64,000 bases of DNA from sequence record NC_027349.1. One strand, written 5' to 3'. Origin of the DNA: Escherichia phage HY01. Both the position numbers and the translations under genes were made by a program. The notes under the pieces are model-generated. The model had not been told where the DNA came from, made no database searches, and was given only the letters and a program-made list of their open reading frames with translations. How positions within the stretch are numbered: position 1 is the stretch's first letter; each line of letters begins with the position of its first letter. This document shows, one piece after another, positions 40,035 through 50,431 of this stretch.

Positions 40035-40505
40035 TTAATCATGTTTCCACACCCCATCGGTATTTGACCAAAGTCGCTGATTATCTGAACCTCGCCACAG
40101 CTTTTTGGTCGGAAGATTTTTCTCATACTTCCCATCAATAATAACATCAACATATTTAAGCATTTCTAGTTGTTTAATATCTTCAAACTTATATCCTGTC
40201 CACAACCAAATGCTTTTATTCGGATAAAGATTTTTTACCGTTTGAACAATGCAATGAACATCATCTCGGTTATCAGGATAAAGAGGGTCTCCTCCAGTTA
40301 TAGTTAATCCTTCTATATAATCATTATTCAAACATTCAATTAATTGTTCTAGTGTTTCACCAGTAAATGGAACGCCATTTCTAGCATTCCATGTTGATTT
40401 ATTATAACACCCTTCACATTTATGCAAACACCCCGTAACGAAAAGAACGACCCTGCATCCAGGGCCATTCACAAAATCACAGGGATAAAATCTATCGTAA
40501 TTCAT
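40035..40505 (-). CDS. nrdG: anaerobic ribonucleotide reductase activating protein (radical SAM)
   Basis: 156 aa with CxxxCxxC-type cluster (GCLHKCEGC). Confidence 0.88.
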   Translation of the reverse strand: MNYDRFYPCDFVNGPGCRVVLFVTGCLHKCEGCYNKSTWNARNGVPFTGETLEQLIECLNNDYIEGLTITGGDPLYPDNRDDVHCIVQTVKNLYPNKSIWLWTGYKFEDIKQLEMLKYVDVIIDGKYEKNLPTKKLWRGSDNQRLWSNTDGVWKHD

Positions 40506-42319
40506 TGGTGTTTAACCCTATGCATGATTTCTTTATTTTTGCCAAGATTAAATCCGCGTTCGTTCGGATTTCCCAAATAGCCACATGTTCTTCTTATTGT
40601 GTTCATCTTTTTAGGATCAGTTTCTCCACAAATAGAACAAACAAATCCGTTTTCAGTAGGAGTCATTTCATGGGTACTTCCACACGTAAAACATTTATCT
40701 ACTGGCATATTAACACCAAAATAATCTAAATGTTGTGCAGCATAATCCCATACAGCCTCAAGGCCTTTTAAGTTATTTTTCATATCAGGAAGTTCAACAT
40801 AAGAAATGTGACCACCTGTCGCAATGAAATGATACGGTGCTTCGCGAGAAATCTTTTCAAATGGAGTAATATTTTCTTCTACTGAAACGTGGAAACTGTT
40901 AGTGTACCAGCCTTTATCAGTAACATCTTTTACACTTCCATATTTTTCGGTATCAAGTTTACAGAAGCGATAGCACAGGTTTTCAGCAGGAGTAGAATAC
41001 AAACTAAAAGCAAATCCGGTTCTTTCTGTCCATTGTTTAAGATGAGTATTCATTTTAGTTAAAATTTCTTGCCCAATATCACGACCGACAAGAATATTCA
41101 ATTCGTGAATACCAATGTATCCTAGGGACACTGAACTTCTACCGTTTTTAAATAACTCAATTATATCGTCATCAGGTTTAAGACGAACCCCGAATGCACC
41201 TTCTTGGTAAAGAATAGGAGCAACAGTAGCTTTAACTCCTTTTAAGGAACTAATTCTACACATCAATGCTTCAAAACATAAATCCATTCGCTCATTGAAC
41301 AATTCGGCAAATTTCTGTTCATTGAACTGTGTTCCAATATAAGAATCTAGCGCAATGCGAGGAAGATTCAGTGTTACAACACCAAGATTATTACGTCCAT
41401 CAAGAATTTCATTACCAGTCGAATCTTTCCATACACTCAAGAAACTACGACAACCCATTGGAGAAACAGGAATAGATGAACCGGTGATAGCTTTATTGTT
41501 CTTAGCCGAAATGATGTCAGGATACATTCTTTTACTTGCACACTCTAGAGCAAGCTGCTTAATATCATAGTTCGGATCGTCTTTATAAAGATTAACACCT
41601 TCTTCAACGAACATAACAAGTTTAGGGAAAATAGGAGTTATCCCGTCACGACCAAGGCCTTTAATACGATTTTTCAGAATTGCTTTCTGAATCATTCGTT
41701 CAGTCCAGTCAGTTCCCGTACCAAATGTAATTGTTACAAAAGGCGTTTGTCCGTTTGAACTAAAGAGAGTATTTACTTCATATTCATAAGCTTGGAATGC
41801 ATCGTATACGTCTTTTTCTGTTTTAGATTGGGCATAATTCAACGCATCAGCGATTTGCCATTTTTCTGCATCCTCAATATGTTTTGCATAGGTGCGTTTA
41901 ACATAAGGAGAAAGTACTTTATCTACATTCGCAAAAGTCGTTCCACCGTATTGATGGGAAGCAACCTGTGCAGTAATTTGTGCCATAATTGCAGTAGCAA
42001 CGCCGATTGATTTAGGAGTTTCAATCTGTGCATTACCGAGCTTAAATCCGTTCTCAAGCATTCCTTTTAAATCTACTAAACAGCAATTAGTAAATGGAAG
42101 AGCAGGGGAATAATCAATATCATGGAAATGAATAATTCCGCTTTCATGCGCTTTCATAATAAAAGACGGGACCATATTTTTGGCAATGTGTTTAGACACA
42201 ATACCAGCCATAAGGTCCCGTTGAGTTGGAAAAACACGAGAATCTTTATTAGCATTCTCGTTTAAAAGGTCTTTATTAGTTTTATGAATCAATCCTTCAA
42301 TTTCTTTTTCAATTGTCAT
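40502..42319 (-). CDS. nrdD: anaerobic ribonucleoside-triphosphate reductase (glycyl radical enzyme), uninterrupted
   Basis: 605-aa contiguous ORF with C-terminal glycyl-radical motif RTCGYLG and Zn ribbon CFTCGS...CSICG. Confidence 0.93.
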   Translation of the reverse strand: MTIEKEIEGLIHKTNKDLLNENANKDSRVFPTQRDLMAGIVSKHIAKNMVPSFIMKAHESGIIHFHDIDYSPALPFTNCCLVDLKGMLENGFKLGNAQIETPKSIGVATAIMAQITAQVASHQYGGTTFANVDKVLSPYVKRTYAKHIEDAEKWQIADALNYAQSKTEKDVYDAFQAYEYEVNTLFSSNGQTPFVTITFGTGTDWTERMIQKAILKNRIKGLGRDGITPIFPKLVMFVEEGVNLYKDDPNYDIKQLALECASKRMYPDIISAKNNKAITGSSIPVSPMGCRSFLSVWKDSTGNEILDGRNNLGVVTLNLPRIALDSYIGTQFNEQKFAELFNERMDLCFEALMCRISSLKGVKATVAPILYQEGAFGVRLKPDDDIIELFKNGRSSVSLGYIGIHELNILVGRDIGQEILTKMNTHLKQWTERTGFAFSLYSTPAENLCYRFCKLDTEKYGSVKDVTDKGWYTNSFHVSVEENITPFEKISREAPYHFIATGGHISYVELPDMKNNLKGLEAVWDYAAQHLDYFGVNMPVDKCFTCGSTHEMTPTENGFVCSICGETDPKKMNTIRRTCGYLGNPNERGFNLGKNKEIMHRVKHQ

Positions 42320-42789
42320 TTTAAACTCTTTCTAAGCTGCTTCTTAAATGAAGCTATTAATTGTGTTTTAGTGTCAGATTCATTATATTCAAATCCTCTT
42401 TGAAGCATCTCAGCCATCATTTCCTCTTTTCCTAAACGAGAAAATTCCTTTGATTTATCTCCAACGAAGTTAGGGTGAATATTATTTTGGGTGTAATCGG
42501 ATTTTAAATAAGTAAGTAAATTTTCTAACCATTCAAGATAATCAACACCTTGTCCCTTTAAGCCAGAACGATTAAATTTATGCTTCATTTGACCTTCTGC
42601 AGCATTACAGAGATTACACAGCAACCCACGTACCTTTCCTGCTTTTGGTCCATTTAATTCATGGTCATGGTCAAGGTGATTAGCTTGAACATCAGGATTT
42701 AGTTCTCGTTGGCAAATTAAGCATTTACCGTTTTGTGCATTATAAAATTTTTGTTTTTCTTCTTTGTACAATTTGCCAGTCAATAACAT
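42316..42789 (-). CDS. 49: endonuclease VII (Holliday junction resolvase)
   Basis: 157 aa; essentially matches T4 endo VII as recalled (MLLTGKLYKEEKQKFY...CLICQRE...). Confidence 0.9.
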   Translation of the reverse strand: MLLTGKLYKEEKQKFYNAQNGKCLICQRELNPDVQANHLDHDHELNGPKAGKVRGLLCNLCNAAEGQMKHKFNRSGLKGQGVDYLEWLENLLTYLKSDYTQNNIHPNFVGDKSKEFSRLGKEEMMAEMLQRGFEYNESDTKTQLIASFKKQLRKSLK

Positions 42790-43007
42790 AATAAAACCCT
42801 TACCTTGAATAGATAAGGGTATTTATTATTTTCAAGTATTGTAAAACATTCGATGCAATCGCTTATATTGTCGAATCATCTTTTTAGTAGGACGAGAATA
42901 AGTTCCTATACAAGTGGTCATATTAGGGTCAGTAGGACTTCCTTTAATAAAAAGTTTCCAAACCTTACCACCATTTAACTTTTCAGTATAAACCAATTCA
43001 GTTTTCA

Positions 43008-43472
43008 TTAAAATGCTCGGTCAGAAAAAGAAATTTGAGTTTCAAGCCATTCAATATATTCTGCCGCAGCTTGCATCAAATTTCCTTCATAGCCATCGTT
43101 GTTTTCTTGCGCAGCTAATTTAGCTAATGCATATGAAATGCGTTCACCTTGAAAAGCGGCTTTAGGTTTATGAATAGCTTGATCAACTCGTTCTACAACT
43201 TCTTCAATTTCGCCATTTTCTACTGATTCAGTATTCCATAAGCACCAATACGTAATTGGCTTATCGTAGATGTTAATAATCTTTCCATCAGAAAGTTCAA
43301 TTTCAATAATTCCAGTATCAGGTTCTATATCATCTTCGCATTCTTTTGCGAGTTCACGAACTTTAAAGACAGTACCTGCACTAAGTTCTGGCCAATAATT
43401 ACATAGCCCTTTATCAGCACGATTAATTCTAAACCACTTATCTACTGTAATCATGTCCCATCTCCATATCAA
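43008..43472 (-). CDS. hypothetical protein (possibly pin, Lon protease inhibitor, by position)
   Basis: 154-aa ORF upstream of gene 49. Confidence 0.35.
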   Translation of the reverse strand: MIWRWDMITVDKWFRINRADKGLCNYWPELSAGTVFKVRELAKECEDDIEPDTGIIEIELSDGKIINIYDKPITYWCLWNTESVENGEIEEVVERVDQAIHKPKAAFQGERISYALAKLAAQENNDGYEGNLMQAAAEYIEWLETQISFSDRAF

Positions 43473-43577
43473 TTAAGTCATTTATCGTAGGTTCATTATA
43501 TACTGTTTCTTCATCAGTGTAAACCGGTTCTTCCGGCTCTGGCTCTACTGTTTCCCATCTAGCCGCCCACCAGGGTT

Positions 43578-43898
43578 TTATAGCGTAATCCATTCTCGTA
43601 TTGTCTGAATTACTACACGTTCACGGGGCTCGACTAGTTCAACAGTCGGAACTGCATAATACCAGTCAGAATGGTAAGAACCTGAGCGAGTTTCATTTAC
43701 AGACACATGAACGTTATGTTTTGGACTAAAATAAACGCACTGCCGATATTGGCATTTGCCGTCTTGTACCCAATCTTCTATTTCGATAGGTTTAAGATAA
43801 TCCGAAAAATCGAAATCATAATTTTCTGAAAATGCATCATGGTCTTCGATGATTTCACTCAGAACTGCATCAACATCTAATTTATTTTCAGTATTCAT
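43578..43898 (-). CDS. hypothetical protein
   Basis: 106-aa ORF. Confidence 0.4.
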   Translation of the reverse strand: MNTENKLDVDAVLSEIIEDHDAFSENYDFDFSDYLKPIEIEDWVQDGKCQYRQCVYFSPKHNVHVSVNETRSGSYHSDWYYAVPTVELVEPRERVVIQTIREWITL

Positions 43899-43908
43899 TT
43901 GTCACCAC

Positions 43909-44118
43909 TTAATTTCGCAATTTATTAAGTTCTTCATAATCAATCCAGGATTCTAATCCTGATGGCAAATCAGATTCAATTTCCCAAAGAAGTTCTTCAA
44001 TTTTCTGAAGACGATCTAGTTCTTCAGCAGAAATAGTAACCATTGACGGAGTTCTTGATGCACTAATATCATAAATCATATTTACCCCAGTTTGACCATA
44101 CAATCGCCATATTTCCAT
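43909..44118 (-). CDS. hypothetical small protein
   Basis: 69-aa ORF. Confidence 0.35.
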   Translation of the reverse strand: MEIWRLYGQTGVNMIYDISASRTPSMVTISAEELDRLQKIEELLWEIESDLPSGLESWIDYEELNKLRN

Positions 44119-44297
44119 TTAGAAATAGACTTTTCACCGTTAGAATAATAAACTTCGAGTTTAGCGCGGCCATTTTTAATTTGAATAACCTTTGCTGTCA
44201 TCAAAGTTCCATACCCATAGTAAACTGCAACCCCATCACCTACATATACCGCGCTTCCGCGGTAGTCATGGATATAATCAGTTCCTTCGAGCATCAT
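44082..44297 (-). CDS. hypothetical small protein
   Basis: 71-aa ORF. Confidence 0.35.
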   Translation of the reverse strand: MMLEGTDYIHDYRGSAVYVGDGVAVYYGYGTLMTAKVIQIKNGRAKLEVYYSNGEKSISKWKYGDCMVKLG

Positions 44298-44557
44298 TTA
44301 AAGTATTCCCGCAATTGGTCAAATCCACCAATATGACTTCCATCAGGAGCAAATACTTGTGGCATCGTCAAACCAATTTGAGTATCACGACCTAGTTTCG
44401 TCAGAAGCTCAGCGATTTTCTCATCATCAAAAACACCTTTTTCCGGCATAATGTTGATAAATTCAAACGGCTGTTTCTTCACAGTCAAAAGACGTTTTGC
44501 ATTATCGCAATACACACATTTATGAATGTTGCTATCATAACCATATACTTTAAACAT
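44294..44557 (-). CDS. nrdC: thioredoxin/glutaredoxin
   Basis: 87 aa with CVYC active site; matches T4 NrdC. Confidence 0.85.
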   Translation of the reverse strand: MFKVYGYDSNIHKCVYCDNAKRLLTVKKQPFEFINIMPEKGVFDDEKIAELLTKLGRDTQIGLTMPQVFAPDGSHIGGFDQLREYFK

Positions 44558-44558
44558 A

Positions 44559-44816
44559 TTATTCCTTAATTCCTAGTACTTGTTTAAAAGTCTCGTCGTA
44601 ATCAAGACTTTGACCTGTTTGTTCTTTATGTTTGTATATAATATCACTTACTTCTGATAGCATATTTTTATATGAACGAGTTAAAGCAGATTTAAGCACG
44701 CTGTATCTATCAGGAAATTTACCATGTTCATTATAATACGCTATTGCTAATTCACGGACTGCCTTTTCAGCAATCTCCATATATTCTTTACGCTTTTTCA
44801 TTTTCTTCTCGGTCAA
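44559..44816 (-). CDS. nrdC.1: hypothetical protein
   Basis: 85-aa ORF. Confidence 0.4.
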   Translation of the reverse strand: MTEKKMKKRKEYMEIAEKAVRELAIAYYNEHGKFPDRYSVLKSALTRSYKNMLSEVSDIIYKHKEQTGQSLDYDETFKQVLGIKE

Positions 44817-45105
44817 ATCGGTGTTTGCAATGACGACATTTATAACGAAGAATACTAGTCTGCCAATGAACTAATTGTACCTGTTCAGTACCGCATTCAG
44901 GACAACTAGGAACGTTTTTAGAAGCCCTTTCACGACGTTCAACCATAACCATAATGGCATCCCAAGCTGGAGGTTTAAAGTCTAAATCATCGCAACCATG
45001 AATCTTTCCACGCATTTCTAAATCGTCTTCTTCACCAGCCATAATAATTTTAATTAGACTGGAATTACTTGAAGCTGCAATATCTTCTAATAGACGCTTT
45101 TTCAT
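44788..45105 (-). CDS. nrdC.2: zinc-ribbon protein
   Basis: 105 aa with CPECG...CRHCKHRF (C2C2 zinc ribbon). Confidence 0.45.
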   Translation of the reverse strand: MKKRLLEDIAASSNSSLIKIIMAGEEDDLEMRGKIHGCDDLDFKPPAWDAIMVMVERRERASKNVPSCPECGTEQVQLVHWQTSILRYKCRHCKHRFDREENEKA

Positions 45106-46031
45106 TTCAATACCTCAATAGCATTACGTAAACCATTTGCTTTTGCATTAAGAGCTTTTAACAATTTAGTGTGTTCGGCAATCTGAGCTTCAACTTCAAC
45201 TAGTCGAGATTTGAGGTATTCACGTTCTTCGCTCAAGTTATCAACCTTTTCTACTTTAGGTTCTTTTACAACTGGCTTATATGTATTAGGGTTCTTCAGT
45301 TTAATTAGAATGCGTGAACTGTATAACATTGAACCATTATCTTCGGTTTCGTCATACATTTCTACTACGTCCATGATTTTTAACATCATGCGGAGTTTAT
45401 AAGATAACGAACGAATAGTTTTGTTGTGCTTATTAATTTCTCTAGAGTTCATGGTGCCGAGATTACGTGAGTAATAATAAGGAACCTGGATATTAATTAA
45501 TACTGATGAACCACCTGGCTTATGTGTTACTTCATCAGCAATAACCCAATCCTTAACATGAACTGTATTTGTACGGTCATCGCCCGCGGTAAATAGTTTG
45601 CGAGCATGCTTAAAAAGCATATTCACTTGGTCATTGAATTGACAAGTAAATTTATCAGCAAATTTAGTTTCAGGAATGGTAGATAACCAATCAGCCAAAT
45701 GGGTCTTTTTAACATCGTTAACAATAGTAAATTCAACCAAATCAGTTATAGATGTCTCAGATTTAATAAAGCTCGGCTTCATAAAGTTTTTAATGTTATC
45801 GCGAGCTACAGTAGAAGATAACATACGAGAACGTTTAAACCATTGAAGCAAATTGCCTAATGAATGAGAATAGGCGTTCTGAGTATCTTTACAGATATGA
45901 TTTTCCTGCCCAACATATTGAAGGAAATCACGAAGAATATTATTGATTACTGCTCTGTGCCCGATTTGATAATTACGGTGTTTAGTAATAAGACTGTCAA
46001 AATAATCAATATAATGTTTACGAGTTTTCAT
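45102..46031 (-). CDS. member 1 of a tandem paralogous family with C-terminal coiled coil
   Basis: 309 aa; C-terminal heptad-rich tail; shares W..F..F+.Q.L..A.+L-type motif with the next three ORFs. Confidence 0.45.
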   Translation of the reverse strand: MKTRKHYIDYFDSLITKHRNYQIGHRAVINNILRDFLQYVGQENHICKDTQNAYSHSLGNLLQWFKRSRMLSSTVARDNIKNFMKPSFIKSETSITDLVEFTIVNDVKKTHLADWLSTIPETKFADKFTCQFNDQVNMLFKHARKLFTAGDDRTNTVHVKDWVIADEVTHKPGGSSVLINIQVPYYYSRNLGTMNSREINKHNKTIRSLSYKLRMMLKIMDVVEMYDETEDNGSMLYSSRILIKLKNPNTYKPVVKEPKVEKVDNLSEEREYLKSRLVEVEAQIAEHTKLLKALNAKANGLRNAIEVLK

Positions 46032-46083
46032 GTTCTTCTCACTTGGTTAATGATTTATACTCCGAGCCATCCTTGGCTTTAAA

Positions 46084-47136
46084 TTACTTAATTAACTGTA
46101 AAGCTTGTTCAAGACGATCCAGGCGATTAACAGATTCTTCCCAAATCCTTTTAGCCTGCTCATATTCTTTCTGCGCTTTATTAGAAATTTCTAGAGCTTC
46201 TTTATAAGCTTTTTCTAATGCAATAACTTCTGGACGAATTTCTACCGATTCAGGTGAATCATCAAGATTATCCATTAGTTCCTCAAGGGTAGTTTCTTCT
46301 TTAGGGGTATTCACAATTTCCTCACATTTTTGTTGGTAAATTTCTTTATCAGTAAGTGAGTACGCACATTTCACTTCACGAAGACTAACTACAATTTTAT
46401 ATCCTTCCCAACCGCACATATTCTTAAAAGGATAAGTATGAATATTTTCTACTGTTTCCATACAAAGTAATGCGGTTTCTAATTGACGAGTTATAGTGCT
46501 AGCAATTGAGAAAAATTTATTAATATTCTTTTGGTTAGTTTCTGGTGTAAAAAATCCATAATTCACAAAAATAGATACTTTATTTTTATCAAGTTCATAT
46601 TCTTTTATGATAATCATATCAGAAGCCAAAGGATGAATTTGACGATAATCGCCATAACATAATTTAGAAGCTGATTTTAGAATCTGTCCTTTGAAAAGTC
46701 TGAAATTACTAATCCAACGACGAGTAAAAATATTCTCAGGGTCTTCTTTATTATTAAGATGATAAGAATTAACATCACCGAACCAATTATATCCTACTAC
46801 ATCTTTAGTTCGTTTAATTTCTTTCCCAAATTTACCAAGAATATCCCGATTAACCAAATATGAAAGAAGACGAGACTCTTTAAAGGTTTTCTTGATAACA
46901 TCTTTATCTACACGGCTAGAAATTTTACGAATTTCATGAATAAATTTAGTAGAAGAAACAATACTTGCATCAACACTATTGAGCCATTGATTGATAATAG
47001 AAAGAACGATATTTTGGCCAAACATCGGTATAGCTTTATCATCAATAACGCTATTAAATGATTTGATATATTCGTCACGAGTCATATTAATCTCCTCAGT
47101 AGAAAGTAAGAACATTATACCACATCCTTGTGGCAA
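46084..47136 (-). CDS. member 2 of the tandem paralogous family
   Basis: 350-aa ORF (start possibly at internal MTRDEY); motif RRWISNFRLFKGQILKSASKL; coiled-coil tail. Confidence 0.45.
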   Translation of the reverse strand: MPQGCGIMFLLSTEEINMTRDEYIKSFNSVIDDKAIPMFGQNIVLSIINQWLNSVDASIVSSTKFIHEIRKISSRVDKDVIKKTFKESRLLSYLVNRDILGKFGKEIKRTKDVVGYNWFGDVNSYHLNNKEDPENIFTRRWISNFRLFKGQILKSASKLCYGDYRQIHPLASDMIIIKEYELDKNKVSIFVNYGFFTPETNQKNINKFFSIASTITRQLETALLCMETVENIHTYPFKNMCGWEGYKIVVSLREVKCAYSLTDKEIYQQKCEEIVNTPKEETTLEELMDNLDDSPESVEIRPEVIALEKAYKEALEISNKAQKEYEQAKRIWEESVNRLDRLEQALQLIK

Positions 47137-47142
47137 AGTAAA

Positions 47143-48159
47143 CTAGTTTAGTGCATTTAGTGCATTGTTCAGTTTAGAACGTTGCTTCGTAAGATTTTTG
47201 ACTTTTTCTTGAGCTTTTTCTAGCATCTTTTCAGCTTCTAACACTTCATTAGTTGCTTTAACTAGTTCATCATCTACTGCTTTAAGAGAATTCTCAATCG
47301 CATCTGCATGCCATTTTTCAACAGGTTTAAGACTCGGATTTTCAACAGGAAGAAAATTCACTTTATTGAATTTCCATGCATCCTTATTACCTGAACTATA
47401 CATCCAAAATTTAGGATCGTTTGATGAGTAATTGGATAAATTTAAATTTAAGTTATCTTGCACTTCTTGCTTTTTCTCTTGCGTGACTTCATCCTTTCTC
47501 AAAAAATCGTATTTAAATGAAACGATCATATCAAGTTCATATGTTGTTGTGTCTAATAAACGAGGTAAAATCTTAGACTGAACAGCGGCAACAACATCCA
47601 TATACTTAAATGCTTCTGTCAACTGCGATTTAAGGCATTCGCAAATTGAAAGAGAATTTTTTGTATTAGGTTTAAAGCTAATTCGTGCAGTTCTGTTATT
47701 TTCTTTTAATGGTCTTACTTCCATCTGAAGAGTATAACCATCAAATTTCAAGTTCTTTAAGTTAATATCAGAACCTTTTAATCGACTCGCAGTTGATAAA
47801 ATTTGCTTTAATTGTCTACGGAACAGAGCAATAAATCTCCATTCAATACGATAATGATTTGGATTGAAAAATCCAGATGATAAATCGACCTTACTTTGAC
47901 CAACGCCTTGAACAAATAAAGGATTTTTATAATCAATAGTTTTACAGAAATCGGTGAGTTGCTCACGAGCAGTCATTTGTGTAATATATCCCGCTTTACT
48001 AAAATTACGCACCCATTCACTGCTATTCGTATACTTAAAGTGATGAATAACACGATTAACTTTATCAGGGTCTAAATTATTTTCACACAAAAATGTCATA
48101 ACATCACAAGTATAACTGGCATTACGAACCATATCTTCAATTTGAGAACGAGTTTTCAT
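47143..48159 (-). CDS. member 3 of the tandem paralogous family
   Basis: 338 aa; motif RIEWRFIALFRRQLKQILSTASRLKG; coiled-coil tail. Confidence 0.45.
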   Translation of the reverse strand: MKTRSQIEDMVRNASYTCDVMTFLCENNLDPDKVNRVIHHFKYTNSSEWVRNFSKAGYITQMTAREQLTDFCKTIDYKNPLFVQGVGQSKVDLSSGFFNPNHYRIEWRFIALFRRQLKQILSTASRLKGSDINLKNLKFDGYTLQMEVRPLKENNRTARISFKPNTKNSLSICECLKSQLTEAFKYMDVVAAVQSKILPRLLDTTTYELDMIVSFKYDFLRKDEVTQEKKQEVQDNLNLNLSNYSSNDPKFWMYSSGNKDAWKFNKVNFLPVENPSLKPVEKWHADAIENSLKAVDDELVKATNEVLEAEKMLEKAQEKVKNLTKQRSKLNNALNALN

Positions 48160-48167
48160 AGTGTTCC

Positions 48168-49094
48168 TTAAGATTTAAGTAAATCAACAATTTTAATTAA
48201 TTTTTCACGCTCAGATTTAGCTTTATTACTCAATCCAGATAGTCTGAAAATTTCATCGTCATACTGTTGAATAGAAATATTCAGCTCTTCAATTTGCTTA
48301 TTAAAATAATCAATTTGTTCAGAATGTTTTTCATTACTACGAACTGGTACAGGTTTTGTAGGCAATTTAGTTGAACTGGATTCATCCGGGCGATAAATTA
48401 AAATACAACTTGAACCAATCGGGCATTTAGCACCAGACGTATATTCTAATGTTCCAGCTTCTTTTAAAACTTCAAAAGCTAAACAGAGATGATGCCCCAT
48501 ATTAGCATAATCTGTAGAGTGAGCTCTGATGTAATAATCATCTCCACGAATACTAAATTTAAAGCATTTAAGGTCTTCTGTATTATTGGTCTTAAAAATC
48601 ATTTGTTTATCTAGACCTTTAGCTAATCGAGCGCCTAATGCTAATAATCGTCTTTGATTTTCCCACAAATCCGCTATCATTTGATCGAATGATAATTTTG
48701 GCATCAGTCGACCATAAAGGTCATATCCTTTATTATAATTACGAAGGATTTCACTCGCGTTAATACGAGACAATGCTCCAATTTTATTAAGGGCTTTCAT
48801 AATGCGATTAGATAAACTCATTCCAGATCCGCTTGTTCGCTGCAAATGTTTTTCTAATCCAAATCCAATATCAACTTTAAACTTATCTAAAATTTCGGCA
48901 TGAACATCTTTATCAATAACATTCAAATCCAAAGTTGGGTTAAATCTATGAAAAAATTTATCTGGCTCTCCACGACGAAGTACAGTCCATTCATTCATCA
49001 TTTTTTTATTAACTAAAGATTTAATTACTGCATTGACATTATTAATTACTACTGACATATTTTCCTCACTCAATTTCAATTTTACTAAATACAC
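48168..49094 (-). CDS. member 4 of the tandem paralogous family
   Basis: 308 aa; motif LWENQRRLLALGARLAKGL; coiled-coil tail. Confidence 0.45.
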   Translation of the reverse strand: MYLVKLKLSEENMSVVINNVNAVIKSLVNKKMMNEWTVLRRGEPDKFFHRFNPTLDLNVIDKDVHAEILDKFKVDIGFGLEKHLQRTSGSGMSLSNRIMKALNKIGALSRINASEILRNYNKGYDLYGRLMPKLSFDQMIADLWENQRRLLALGARLAKGLDKQMIFKTNNTEDLKCFKFSIRGDDYYIRAHSTDYANMGHHLCLAFEVLKEAGTLEYTSGAKCPIGSSCILIYRPDESSSTKLPTKPVPVRSNEKHSEQIDYFNKQIEELNISIQQYDDEIFRLSGLSNKAKSEREKLIKIVDLLKS

Positions 49095-49473
49095 AGAATA
49101 TGATTGAACAGACTACATAAGCACCGCACACAGATTGAACTAATACCATCCCAAAGAACCAAACAATATTATCAAACAATGTCTGTTTTACGTCGAAAGG
49201 ACGTAAACTTACAGTAATATTATCACCTTTTTCTATTGAAGAATACATCTCTGGGGAAATATATTCACTAAATCTATAACCGTCTTTGAGTTCATATACG
49301 GCAATAAACGATAAACTAGACCCTTTTCCTTGTGTTCCTGTAATAGTATTAACTACAGTAACATCATAATCTTTATAATGCATATAATCATTAATTGCGT
49401 AATAACCATATGCAACTACTACACATAAACAACATATCAATAAATTCAATCTTTTAATTATCAACTGTTTCAT
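49066..49473 (-). CDS. membrane protein with N- and C-terminal TM segments
   Basis: 135-aa ORF. Confidence 0.4.
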   Translation of the reverse strand: MKQLIIKRLNLLICCLCVVVAYGYYAINDYMHYKDYDVTVVNTITGTQGKGSSLSFIAVYELKDGYRFSEYISPEMYSSIEKGDNITVSLRPFDVKQTLFDNIVWFFGMVLVQSVCGAYVVCSIIFCVFSKIEIE

Positions 49474-49528
49474 AATAATCTCAATTAAAAGGGCTTAGAA
49501 CCATTATACCATCCTTGGTATAAAGCGG

Positions 49529-50056
49529 TTATGCGAGTACCGTCTTTAACCGTTCTTCAAACTTCCGAAGAGTATTTTGGCGTTCAGCTCTTTGCTTTTT
49601 GTAAGTTTCAATACGCTCTGAAATGAGAGTGTATCGTTCATTTACTGATTCTTTCATAAAATCAGGAATTTCACGAGAAGCTTTAATCTCATCAAATTTA
49701 TCAATAACAGCTTGCTCTTCAGCAATTAAGTTATCATACATTAAAATATCTTTCTTGATGAACTCAATATCTTCTTGAGTTACACGAGATAATTTAGATG
49801 CTTTATCCTTTTTGTACTGTTCGTTAGTATCACGAGACCAATGTAATGTACGATTTTTATTCGTATTCTTGTAAATTTCTACAATACCAATCTCATCGAT
49901 AATAACGATCCAATTCCAACGGGATTTATAAATTTGTCCTCCATCAACTGTGATTTCACCTCCGATTGAGATGTCATTAAAGAACTTGCTTTGTGCTTCA
50001 GATTTAAATTTACCATCGTTGTAATTTACCAAGTTGAAAATATCTTTAGCATTCAT
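49529..50056 (-). CDS. hypothetical protein
   Basis: 175-aa ORF with an early promoter upstream. Confidence 0.4.
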   Translation of the reverse strand: MNAKDIFNLVNYNDGKFKSEAQSKFFNDISIGGEITVDGGQIYKSRWNWIVIIDEIGIVEIYKNTNKNRTLHWSRDTNEQYKKDKASKLSRVTQEDIEFIKKDILMYDNLIAEEQAVIDKFDEIKASREIPDFMKESVNERYTLISERIETYKKQRAERQNTLRKFEERLKTVLA

Positions 50057-50084
50057 TTTGTGTTCCTCCGTAGTTGATAGTTGT

Positions 50085-50114
50085 ATAGTACCACAGAGGA
50101 ACAGTCTTGTAAAC
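50085..50114 (-). promoter_or_regulatory. early promoter with conserved -10/leader module
   Basis: GTTTAC-18 nt-TACTATA-CAACTATCAACTAC. Confidence 0.5.
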
Positions 50115-50116
50115 CA

Positions 50117-50431
50117 CTAAAAGAAACTTCTTTCACAATTTTTTCCACTGAACCATGCGCTTACCGCTTTCTTAGTCTCAGGAGCAGTGTTATCCATAAA
50201 CCATTCAAAGGCAGCCTTTTTATGATTCTGGAGGGCTTCTCGGGCTTTAATCTGCTCACGGTCTATTAACACTAACATATGAGCCTTTCTTGTCACCATG
50301 GGCTTCTTATGATTTTTTGAATACTCCCAGTCATTTGTCCATCGCATTGTCGTTGCGAATTGAAATACTGCTTCTTTAATCTTAGTTTCGTAAATTTCAC
50401 GAGCCTTTGAGTATAACATCACTACCTCCAT
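50117..50431 (-). CDS. hypothetical protein
   Basis: 104-aa ORF. Confidence 0.4.
   Translation of the reverse strand: MEVVMLYSKAREIYETKIKEAVFQFATTMRWTNDWEYSKNHKKPMVTRKAHMLVLIDREQIKAREALQNHKKAAFEWFMDNTAPETKKAVSAWFSGKNCERSFF

Noticed and set aside
40502-42319. Group I intron or homing endonuclease inside nrdD
   Set aside because: The reading frame is continuous for 605 codons with conserved N- and C-terminal motifs; no intron-sized insertion is present.
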